Shown here: one piece after another, positions 20,877-30,168 of the stretch
How positions within the stretch are numbered: the stretch's first letter is position 1
Layout: each line of letters begins with the position of its first letter
Source: an uncultured delta proteobacterium
Lineage (GTDB): Bacteria; Desulfobacterota; Binatia; UBA9968
Assembly (NCBI GenBank): GCA_963755715.1
Contig: CAVWLW010000059.1
Coordinates: 192,001 to 256,000, forward strand
Length of the DNA: 64,000 bases
Direction: 5' to 3'
Notes under the pieces: model-generated
What the model saw: the letters and a program-made list of their open reading frames with translations, nothing else
The model's database searches: none
Told to the model about the DNA's origin: nothing
Made by a program: the position numbers and the translations under genes

Positions 20877-21860
20877 ATGAAATCATCTTTGATCGCAATT
20901 CTAATCGTCTATGCGTTCGTAGTCGCAGCCAACGCCCAAACCCAAGACCAACTCATCGCCGGCGCAAAGAGTGAAGGCAAGCTGGTCATCTACGCCTCCG
21001 CCGCCGTCCAGCAGTTGCAGATGTATCTTGCCGCGTTTAACAAGCGTTACCCTTTTCTCAAGACCGAATACTTTCGCACCGACAAACAAAAACTCGTCAC
21101 CCGCGTGCTGCTGGAGGAACAGGCCAAACAACGCCTGGCCGATGTCGTGCACACCAGCGTCATCGAGACGCATATCCTGAAAAAACGCGGCGCCTTGAGC
21201 CGCTACGTTCCGCTGGAATCCGCCTCCTATCCCAGCCAGTACAAAGATCCGGAAGGTTTTTGGACGTCCGTATACGCCAGCGGCACGTTGATGGGTTTCA
21301 ACAGCCGTCAGGTCAAACGCGCCGATGCGCCCAAGACCTACGAAGATCTGTTGAATCCGAAGTGGAAAAACGTCATGGGCATCGACAACACCAAGATCGA
21401 ATGGTTCTCCATGCTGCTCAAGCTCAAAGGCCGCCCGTTCATGGAAAAGCTCGCGGCTCAAAACGCGCAGATCATGGCCGGCAATACCAATCTTTTGAAC
21501 TTACTCGCCGCCGGTGAATTTGCGATCATGGCGGGCGTCTATGAATACTCAGTCGATAATCTGAAGACCAAGGGCGCGCCGGTAGACTGGATCGGCCTTG
21601 AACCGGTCATCACCTACACGGTCGCCGCTTCTTTGCCATCACAACCGCCTCACCCGTTTGCGGCCAAGCTCTTCATCGAGTGGCTGCTGACCAAAGAAGG
21701 CCAGGAAGTGATCAATCAATACGGCCGAGTGCCGATTCGAGACGACATCGACTCCAAGTACGGCAAAATTTTGAAACAACACAAACTGCTCATGACCGAC
21801 GTCGACTTGAGCCAGCGAGAAGTCGAAGTGAACGAAATGATCCGCAAGCTTTTTCGGTGA
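20877..21860 (+). CDS. ABC extracellular solute-binding protein, Fe3+/AfuA-like
   Basis: AKSEGKLVIY, PKTYEDLLNPKWK, PHPFAAKLFIEWLL. Confidence 0.9.
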   Translation: MKSSLIAILIVYAFVVAANAQTQDQLIAGAKSEGKLVIYASAAVQQLQMYLAAFNKRYPFLKTEYFRTDKQKLVTRVLLEEQAKQRLADVVHTSVIETHILKKRGALSRYVPLESASYPSQYKDPEGFWTSVYASGTLMGFNSRQVKRADAPKTYEDLLNPKWKNVMGIDNTKIEWFSMLLKLKGRPFMEKLAAQNAQIMAGNTNLLNLLAAGEFAIMAGVYEYSVDNLKTKGAPVDWIGLEPVITYTVAASLPSQPPHPFAAKLFIEWLLTKEGQEVINQYGRVPIRDDIDSKYGKILKQHKLLMTDVDLSQREVEVNEMIRKLFR

Positions 21861-21908
21861 TATGTGAAAATCAACGCAATCAATTTGAGTCCGTGTCGCT
21901 TATCAAGT

Positions 21909-21977
21909 TGTCATCCCGAACGAACGTGAGGGATCTTTCCGGAAAGATTCCTCGTCGCTGCGCTTCTCGGAATGACA
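21909..21977. repeat. TGTCAT...ATGACA palindromic element
   Basis: TGTCATCCCGAACGAACGTGAGGGATCTTTCCGGAAAGATTCCTCG...CTCGGAATGACA. Confidence 0.8.
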
Positions 21978-24363
21978 CCGATTGTGGCGCCTGGAACAAA
22001 TTTCGAAGAGAGTTTTAAAATCGCCACCGAGAAACTTCACACCTACTGCGCCATGTGCACGTCTCGTTGCGGCGTCGTGGCGACGGTCGAGGACGGCAAG
22101 CTAACGCAAGTCAATGCCGATCCCGCGCACCCGAATGGCTGTATCTGCGTCAAGGGCGCCGCCGCGCCGGAGATCGTCTATTCCCCCGATCGCGTGCAAT
22201 ACCCGATGGTGCGCACGCGGCCTAAAGGCGATCCCGACCCCGGTTGGGTGCGCATCACGTGGGATCAGGCGCTCAATCTAATCGCGCTCAGGCTGACCGA
22301 TATCAAAGACAACTACGGTCCCGAAGCCGTAGTCTTTTCGCGCGCCACTACCGCAGGCAGCGCGGCGATCGACTTCGACGGCTGGCTGCAACGTCTGGCC
22401 AACGCCTTCGGCAGCCCGAATCTTTTGACGTCGAACCACATCTGCACCTGGAATCGCCGCATCGGCTCCAAATACACCTACGGCACCGGAATGCCGCTCC
22501 CCGACTTCGACAATACCCAGTGCATGCTGCTATGGGGCATCAATCCAACGGCCACCTCGCCTGCGCAGGCGGTGCGAATCAATCGAGCCAGAAACCGCGG
22601 CGCAAAGTTAATCGTCATCGATCCGCGCAAAACAACTTTGGCAGCAAAGGCCGATTGCTGGCTGCGCGTGAAGCCCGGCACAGACGGCGAGCTCGCGATG
22701 GCGATGATCCACGTGCTTCTCGAAGAAAATCTTTTCGACGCAGAATTCGCGCGCAGATGGACCAACGGAACGTTTTTGGTGCGCTCCGATAACAATCAAT
22801 TGCTGACCGAAGCCGATTTAGCGGCGCAAGGAGAATCCAACGGATGGATGATTTGGAACGAACGAAGTAACTCGCCTGCTAGTTACCGCGTTGATCAATC
22901 TGAAACTGCTCCGGCATTGTTCGGCACGTTTGCCTTAAGACTGGCCGACGGCACAAGCCGTCGAATGCCGGCCGGCGTTGCAACTGCTCAAAGACGCCGC
23001 CGCGCGATTTGCGCCGGAAGTTTCGGAAAGCATCACCACCGTCCCTGCGGAGGAAGTTAGAAAGGCAGTGCGGCTATTCGCCAACGAAAAGCCATCGACC
23101 TATTGCACCTGGGTCGGCCTCGAACAGGACAACGACGCGATGCAAACCAATCGCGCGGTTTGTATCTTCTACGCGCTCACGGGCCAGTACGATCAGCGGG
23201 GCAGCAACGTGCTCTTCGCGACGACGCCGACAAGCTCAATCACCGGCCGCGAACTGCTTCCAAAACAAAAAGCCGACCTGCGGCTCGGCCGGGAAAAACA
23301 TCCACTCGGTCCAAACGCCGATCCGGGTCTCGTGCAAGCCGCCGAAGTCTACGATGCGATCATTACAGGCCAGCCCTATCCGATCAAAGCCATGGTTCTG
23401 TTCGGGACGGACCCACTACTCGGCCACGGCGATCCGTTGCGCGGCAAGGCCGCCATCGAAGCATTGGATTTCTATGTGCACGTCGACACAATAATCAATC
23501 CGAGTGCGATGTTCGCGGACGTAATTCTGCCTGCTGCGACCTGCTGGGAGCGCGAGGCTCTGATGCCGTCGTTCGAAATGGCCGAGGACACGCTCAATTG
23601 GGCGCAACTGCGTCCGGCCGTTGTAAAACCGCTGCACGAATCGCGATCCGATACCGAGATCATTTTTGATTTAGCGAAACGGTTGGGTCTCTCGGAACAA
23701 TTTTTCAATGGCGACATCGACACCGCATTGAATTATCAATTGGCGCCGTCGGGAATCTCCGTTCAGCAACTAAAAGAACACCCGGTAGGAATGCGCTCGA
23801 ACGCGCGCACACGCCACAAGAAGCACGCAGAGACGGATGCCAATAGCGGACGACACCGCGGTTTCGACACGCCGACCGGCAAGATCGAGATTTACTCGAC
23901 AACCTTTGCAAGCGCGGGCTATCCGCCTCTGCCGAAGTTCGAAGCAACGGATATTACGAGCGATCAATACCCGCTCACGCTGACTTTTTTCCGAGACATC
24001 CATTTCTGCGACGAACAGCATCGCAACGTCCCACGACTCCGCCGCGCGATTCCAGACCCAAAACTGGAAATCCATCCGAGCACCGCCAGTGCTCAGGAAA
24101 TCAAAGATGGCGACTGGATCTTTTTGGAAACCGCAACCGGAAGAGTGAAACTCAAAGCAAAGTTCAACGAGTCGCTTCATCCAAACGTAGTCACGACAGT
24201 GTACGGATGGTGGCAAGCGTGCCAAGAGCTAAAACTCAAAGGTCATGATCCGTTCAGCGAAAACGGCGCAAATACAAACCTGCTCGTTCCCAACACTGAC
24301 GTCGACCCAATCAGCGCGTCAGTCGCGCATCGCGCGCAACGCTGTCGGATAACAATCGGTTAA
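21972..24363 (+). CDS. DMSO-reductase-family molybdopterin oxidoreductase (cytoplasmic, acetylene-hydratase-like clade); frameshift near 22960
   Basis: CAMCTSRC..ICVKG 4Fe-4S motif, FGSPN, LIVIDPR, ADVILPAA..WE, TPTGKIE; no Tat signal. Confidence 0.85.
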
Positions 24364-24438
24364 TCCACCCGACAATGTCGCAGGTATATCGGAGATATAC
24401 TGACCAGGTATATTGAAATGACTACGAGCGGAGACTGA

Positions 24439-24468
24439 TTGACAACTTGTTGATCGAAAAGCTAAATT
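24439..24468 (+). promoter_or_regulatory. putative sigma70 promoter upstream of cassette-like genes
   Basis: TTGACA-18 nt-TAAATT in an AT-rich gap. Confidence 0.35.
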
Positions 24469-24657
24469 TCGTCAATCCGTGATTTTTGGACTCGGTAATA
24501 TAAAGATACAATAAAGATCGGCAAAAGGAATATGAGCAGACCACCAGCCACGACACGATGACTCATCGCATTACGATACAGCAGTTTGCACACAGCAGCA
24601 GGCACGTTCGGCGCTGGCGGACGTTTGCAAGCGGGGCGACATTCGTAGGGAGGTGCG

Positions 24658-25900
24658 ATGTTTGGGGACGTTTTCTTGCTCGAGCGCGATGGCTCGGCGG
24701 CTGTTCGTGCGGAACGACTTGCGTTCGGAGAAACTGCCGGGCGCAACGAAGCGTGGCTGCGCGACACGCTGTTTGCGTACCCCGATCTACTTCCGCTGCG
24801 CGATATTGACCCCTCGTTCGGACCCTTGACTCCACTGTGTACAGAATTTCGGACAGAAGCGGGACCGTTGGACATCGCTTTCATCAATCGGTTCGGACGC
24901 TTGACTCTTGTCGAGTGTAAGCTTTGGCGTAACCCGGAAGCTCGACGAAAAGTTGTGGCACAGGCGCTGGACTACGCCAGAGCCGTCAGCCGCTGGTCAT
25001 ATTCGGACCTGCAGCGTCAGGTCGCTGCAGCTTCGGGTCGCCATGGCAACGTTCCATTCGAGAAAGCACGCTAGCGCGGAACCCAGAACTCAACGAGCAG
25101 CAGTTCGTAGACGACACGACTCGTGCCATGCGTTCGGGCCGCTTTCTGCTTATCATCGCTGGAGACGGCATCCGTGAAGACGTCAGCGGCATGGCGGAGC
25201 TGATAAACCGCAACGCGACGTCCGCCTTTTCCTTTGCTCTTGTTGAGGTCGCACTGTATGGGTTCGAGCGAGTCAAGTCTCGCGATTCAGCCACGAGTCA
25301 TAGCGAAAACGCAGATTATCGAAAGAACGGTTGTAGTAGTACAACATGCGGGGCAGCCTCTCGCGATGACCGTGTCTGAAGAGCCCGATGTCGAGGAATC
25401 GGGCGACGCTTCCAGCGCTGTCGTGCGCAATGAGTTGGGCGAGAGTCCAACACAAGCCCAGTACCGAGCTTGGTGGACGCCCGTCATCAATGCGTCCTTT
25501 GACGATCCCGATCAAGAGCCCGCCAGACTCTACTGGCCCAATAACGTACGGATATCCCTGCCTTGGCCCACGAGGGTGTGGGCTTACCGCATATCGCTCC
25601 GGTGGAGACGCCGGAACGATCGGCGTTGCGACAAACGGAACCGAGCCTGGCTACAGCGAAATGATTTCAGCGCTCGAAGCGCAGAAAGAGGCCATCGTCG
25701 CTGAACTGCCGGAGGGTACGACGTTTCGACCATCCCACAGTGGCAAAAGTGTCACGATTAGCACACAAAGGAGAGCGTCAGAGTTCACGACGGACGATGA
25801 GATGCGCCGTTGGCTAGCATCGACGTTGAATTCCTACGTCAATGCATTGCGACCAAGGCTCAAGGCCCTTATGCAGGAGCAACGTCTCGAGCAGCTCTGA
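24658..25900 (+). CDS. PD-(D/E)XK (NucS/DUF91-like) nuclease with C-terminal domain; several frameshifts
   Basis: GGAGG RBS; E..L...GPLD......G.LTLVECKLWRNPEARRKVVAQALDYA; continues in ORFs 25128, 25234, 25388. Confidence 0.7.
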
Positions 25901-26000
25901 GGCGCGGGAGCGTACGATGGCCGGCATGAAAGCTCGTGGCGTTTTCGGCCGCCATGGTCTTGGACCTCTTCGTTCGTGAACTCCCAATGGCGGATGAACT

Positions 26001-26067
26001 GGCTAACATGGCATGCAGCCGACGGCGGATCGAGCATGCGCGCCGCGGCTCATGCCTGGCGTTAGCC
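26001..26067 (+). mobile_element. integron attC site
   Basis: GGCTAAC-ATGGC-ATGCAGCC...GGCTCAT-GCCTGGC-GTTAGCC: complementary R boxes and L boxes. Confidence 0.75.
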
Positions 26068-26097
26068 CTAATAAATAATCTCAACTAGGATTGAAGA

Positions 26098-26499
26098 ATG
26101 CTGAAGACATATAAAGGCAGTTGTCATTGCGGCGCGGTTCGCTTTGAGGCGGACATTGATTTGAGTGCGCCGACCTACAGGTGCAACTGCTCAATCTGCT
26201 CAAGAAACCGATTTTGGCCGGCAATAGTAAAGCCGGACGCGTTTCGTCTTATTTCCGGAGAGTCGGAGCTAACCAAATATTTGTTCAACACCAAGCGCAA
26301 CGAGCACTATTTCTGCAAACACTGCGGGGTGCGGCCTTTTGGCATTGGCAACGCGCCGGACGTCAACCGAGTTTACGGAGTCAATTTAGGGTGTCTTGAA
26401 GATGTCACGCCCGAAGAGCTTGCCGCCGCGCCGATCGTTTACGTCGACGGCAAGCATGACAACTGGCATTCGGCACCAGCCATCACAAGTTATTTGTAA
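26098..26499 (+). CDS. GFA (CENP-V/glutathione-dependent formaldehyde-activating) family protein, cassette-like
   Basis: [20 protein letters not shown]; follows attC and is followed by GCCCAAC. Confidence 0.9.
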   Translation: MLKTYKGSCHCGAVRFEADIDLSAPTYRCNCSICSRNRFWPAIVKPDAFRLISGESELTKYLFNTKRNEHYFCKHCGVRPFGIGNAPDVNRVYGVNLGCLEDVTPEELAAAPIVYVDGKHDNWHSAPAITSYL

Positions 26500-26558
26500 A
26501 GCCCAACAATTCGCGGCCTAAACGGCCGTCATCTTAACCGAGACCTTTAACGCACTCC

Positions 26559-26678
26559 TCAATTCAGCGCTAGAAACAATTCCGCCACTGCCATCTTCTT
26601 CGCCATCAACTCCTGATCCAGCGAATAGCCGACAAACCCTTCCAGATTCGCGCGATTATTTTTAAAACCGCACGGCCA
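26559..26678 (-). pseudogene. displaced diverged copy of the last 40 codons of CDS 27457-28425
   Basis: WPCGFKNNRANLEGFVGYSLDQELMAKKMAVAELFLALN* versus WPYGLEKNRANLERFVGYSLDQGLMAKKMAVEELFLPIN*. Confidence 0.85.
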
Positions 26679-26764
26679 GCGTTGAAGCTCACGCGATTTG
26701 TTGATCTAGCGCGCAACTTTGGGCGCAGTATTGCAATCGCTATCGGCAACCAAATTTGGGGTTG

Positions 26765-27103
26765 CTACTTTTCTAGTTCTTTCAAAATTTCTGCGATTCG
26801 AGTCTTTAAAATCGGCAAGTTCTTCTGGGTGATTTCCCACACCGCGTTGACGTCAACACCCATGTAATCGTGAATGAGAACGTCACGCAGGCCGGCGATA
26901 CGCCGCCAGGGCACATCTTTGTGTTGGGAGCAAAGTGCTTTTGAAAGTCTCTTGGTCGCCTCGCCGATGATTTCTAACTGTCGAACGACGGCGTCCTGCC
27001 AGTGGGAAGTTGCAAGAAACACATCGCGACCAACGGCGACGTAGATTTCTATCTTTTCAATAGCGTCCAGGATATGACGGAGGTAAAGTTGGTCGCCTTT
27101 CAC
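26765..27103 (-). CDS. HEPN (DUF86/HepT-like) toxin
   Basis: DAVVRQLEIIGEA, W..IAGLRDVLIHDY (RxxxxH). Confidence 0.9.
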   Translation of the reverse strand: MKGDQLYLRHILDAIEKIEIYVAVGRDVFLATSHWQDAVVRQLEIIGEATKRLSKALCSQHKDVPWRRIAGLRDVLIHDYMGVDVNAVWEITQKNLPILKTRIAEILKELEK

Positions 27104-27390
27104 AGGCTAACAGCGTCCTTGAGGACTTGATCGCGGATGTGCGGACTCACGGCGTCTTCGGTGACGACGTCAACTGCGCAACCGAGCAGATCTTCGAGGT
27201 CCTGCTTAACGGCTATTAGATCGAGGAGGGTACGTCCAGGATCCAAATTGATCAAAAGATCCAAGTCACTTGCCGGAGTGGTTTCGCCTCGCGCAACCGA
27301 GCCGAAAACGCGCAAATTCCGCGCGCCATGATTTGCGGCAACCTTGATTATATCGTTCCGCTTATTCCTAAGTTCAGCGCCAGAAATCAT
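27100..27390 (-). CDS. MNT minimal nucleotidyltransferase antitoxin
   Basis: VFGSVARGE....SDLDLL, VDVV; 4-bp overlap with HEPN gene. Confidence 0.9.
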   Translation of the reverse strand: MISGAELRNKRNDIIKVAANHGARNLRVFGSVARGETTPASDLDLLINLDPGRTLLDLIAVKQDLEDLLGCAVDVVTEDAVSPHIRDQVLKDAVSL

Positions 27391-27456
27391 ACCGAATCCT
27401 CGCCGCAATTGTATGTAATCCACGCTCGTCTGACAAGCTGCTAAAGCATGCGGCGT

Positions 27457-28425
27457 TTAATTTATCGGTAAAAACAACTCCTCCACCGCCATCTTCTTCG
27501 CCATCAATCCCTGATCCAAGGAATATCCGACAAATCTTTCCAGATTCGCACGGTTTTTTTCCAAGCCGTACGGCCACGGATCGGGTCCTAGAAGTTTTTC
27601 TTCTTCCTCGAAAGCCTGCCTGCCCCAGGCAAGCCACGACCAGTTCGGATCGGCGTAGAACTCGCGGCAGATTTTTTTCGCTTCGCTGAACGCGTTGAAT
27701 AGACTTTGCGCGGCTTCGGGATATTTTTTCAGGACATCGTCTTTAAATGCGACCACGTGCATGATCGGAAAAAAACCGTTCTTTTTGTAGTAGCGCAGGT
27801 CTTCGGCCTTCGGATCCTCGAACAGGCGGCGGATTTTTGTCGAGCCGCGCAGCACCGGTTTCGGCGGATGCGGCGTCATCATGGCGCTGATCTCGCCCGA
27901 CTCGAGCAGCTTGCCGGCGTCAGTGCCGTCGGCCAATTGATCTATCTTGACGCCCTTCTCCGGCTCGAACGGTATGTTGTCTTTCTTGTTGAGAACCCAA
28001 TGGATTTTGCGCCACGGCACTTCGAATTCGCTCTGCAAATCGCCTTTGGATAACGTGGCGAGGGTGTTTTGAAAACTATGCAGCCCGACCTTCTTGCCGA
28101 TTAAATCGATGGGCCGTTCGATTCCCGCCTCGATATTCACCCACATCTGCGACAAGCTAAATAAACGCCGTGGAAAAACCGGAATCGCCGTGAACGGCAT
28201 GCCGCGGCTTTTCGCCATCAAATAAGACGACAGCGACAACTCGGCCGCGTCGAACTCGGCCTTCTGCAGCATGCGCTCGTGGCGCTCCTCGCCGTCGCGC
28301 TGGCGGTCGGATTGGCCGACGATCAAAACATTGAGATCGATGGCTTCAGGTTGAACCGTGCCGTCGAAAAACGGCACGTGCCGGTCGTAGTGTGATAATG
28401 CGATAGTGAGTTTTGGTTTTGACAT
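27457..28425 (-). CDS. 4,5-dihydroxyphthalate decarboxylase-like / SBP-fold protein
   Basis: YDR..P..DG, EFDAAELSLSSY, IPVFP.R.F, FPIMH, WPYG...N; AAGGAG RBS before ATG28425. Confidence 0.8.
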   Translation of the reverse strand: MSKPKLTIALSHYDRHVPFFDGTVQPEAIDLNVLIVGQSDRQRDGEERHERMLQKAEFDAAELSLSSYLMAKSRGMPFTAIPVFPRRLFSLSQMWVNIEAGIERPIDLIGKKVGLHSFQNTLATLSKGDLQSEFEVPWRKIHWVLNKKDNIPFEPEKGVKIDQLADGTDAGKLLESGEISAMMTPHPPKPVLRGSTKIRRLFEDPKAEDLRYYKKNGFFPIMHVVAFKDDVLKKYPEAAQSLFNAFSEAKKICREFYADPNWSWLAWGRQAFEEEEKLLGPDPWPYGLEKNRANLERFVGYSLDQGLMAKKMAVEELFLPIN

Positions 28426-28480
28426 GCAACACTCCTTGGAATTTATCGACGTCGAGTCGGAAACGGTCGAAGGTTTGGTA

Positions 28481-28668
28481 GTCATCCCGAGCGAATGCGA
28501 GGGATCTAAGAAAGATTTCTCCTGCGGCAGACTGTGTAAAAACTCTCTGAGCCTTCGACGATGCTCAGGGCGAACGGATAAGTACTCAATTTCTAATGAG
28601 TACACCGTTCGTGGTGAGCCTAGTCGAACCATGAACGGTGTTTTACACAGCTGGCGGTCGAAATGACA
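28481..28668. repeat. GTCAT...ATGACA element interrupted by a MITE
   Basis: GTCATCCCGAGCGAATGCGAGGGATCT..AGATTTCTCCTGCGG[insert]GCGGTCGAAATGACA. Confidence 0.8.
28528..28653. mobile_element. 126-bp MITE with CAGACTGTGTAAAA termini and GCGG target duplication
   Basis: Terminal inverted repeats CAGACTGTGTAAAA / TTTTACACAG-CTG; GCGG at 28524-28527 and 28654-28657; internal CTTCGAC hairpin. Confidence 0.75.
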
Positions 28669-28675
28669 TACGCTA

Positions 28676-29999
28676 TTACGCTACGGTCATGAGTTTCGTA
28701 AGTTCGCGAGTGCTCGTCAGCGATTCGATGCGCCGAATCGAATCGATAATCTGATCGACGTTCTTCTTACCCAAGATCGGCTCCATCAACCACGCCGCTT
28801 TCTTTTCCACTTCGTCCGGGCTCATCGGATTTTCCGGACGGCCGCGGCAGTTGATGACGTGTTCGCGCAGCGTTTGCCCGTCCTTCAATGTGACTTCAAC
28901 CAGTCCCTGAAAGCGGTGGCCCGAGCGCTCCATCTCATTGTCGCCGACCAACTGAACTTTATCTTTCAGGGCCAACACGCGCGGGTTTCGAAAGCGCTCG
29001 TAATCATGCGCCATCTCGAAAGTGAGCTTGCCTTCGAGCAAGATCGCCGAAACCATGAATTGCACGTTAACGTCGGGCATATGCCGGTTGTTGACCGTGC
29101 GCGCGCCGCTTTCGGGAATGCGCACGGTCACTTTTTCGATTTGCTCGGGATTGATAGCTTGCTTTGAAAGCAGCGCCAGCGTCGCGTCGACGGTCTCCAT
29201 CATCGGCGAGCCGACGGGATATTTTTTCACCAAACAGCTGGTGATCGTGAACCGCTGGCCAAGCTCGCTAAGTATTTTTGCCGGATCGCACGGCGCGTAG
29301 GTCTTGATGATGCCCTGGTCGCCTTCGAGCACGTCGCGATTACCCGTGAACCCGGATTGAATCAAGAGCGCAGCCGTAACGCCGTTGCGCGCCGGCATCG
29401 CGGCGTAGTCGAAAGCTTTCTCGATGTGATCGTCGTCTCCCACCCAAGCGCGCGAACCGGAAGCTTGCTGCGCCGCGTAGGAAATAAGATAGCGCAGGTG
29501 TAAATCATCCAATTCCGCCAACGCGCCTGCCGCCGCGGCGCTACCGAACGTGGCGCCGAAGCTGGTTGAACGTGGTTCAAACGCCTGATGAAAACGAAAT
29601 CCAATGTCGTAACCGAGAATCACGGCGCGCAACAGCGCTTCACCGCTCCGATTCTGCGACTCGGCGACCGCCAGTGCCGCGGGCACGATCGCACAACCGG
29701 GATGGAGTTGGCTGTTCGAGTCGTCGGTCTCATCGGCATGGCCCGACATGCCGTTGGCGAAAGCGGCTAAGATCGGCGTGGTTTTCAAGTTCGATCCGAG
29801 CACGCTGCATTCTTCTCTGCCGCCTTGTTGGCGCGCGTGCTGCAAGCCGAGTTTCCCCGGCTTCAAAGTCGAGCCTGAAACGATCGCGGCCAGCGAATCC
29901 AAAAGATGGCTTTTGCCTTTTTGAATCACTTCCTCCGGCAGCTTTGCGTCGCCGCGCCGCGAGCATATATTCAACCAAAGAATCGACGATCTTGGCCAT
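28676..29999 (-). CDS. MmgE/PrpD family protein; frameshift near 29955
   Basis: AAFANG..GHADETDD, HPG, KKYP, RG.PENPM; MAKIVDSL start in adjacent frame. Confidence 0.85.
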
Positions 30000-30168
30000 G
30001 TCACCTCCGATGATGCATTCCCGCTTAAAACTGATCTGCTCTATAATCCATAGTGCCGCGCATCATCGGCTGTCAAGATTACGTTGACACTACTTCCAAC
30101 GCTGCGCTATATGCCGGGGAGAACGAAATGCCAATTTGTGTGACGCGCACGGGTTCATGGAGGTTTTT

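Noticed and set aside
28426-28632. N-terminal extension of ORF 27457-28632
   Set aside because: Translation of nested repeats, not protein
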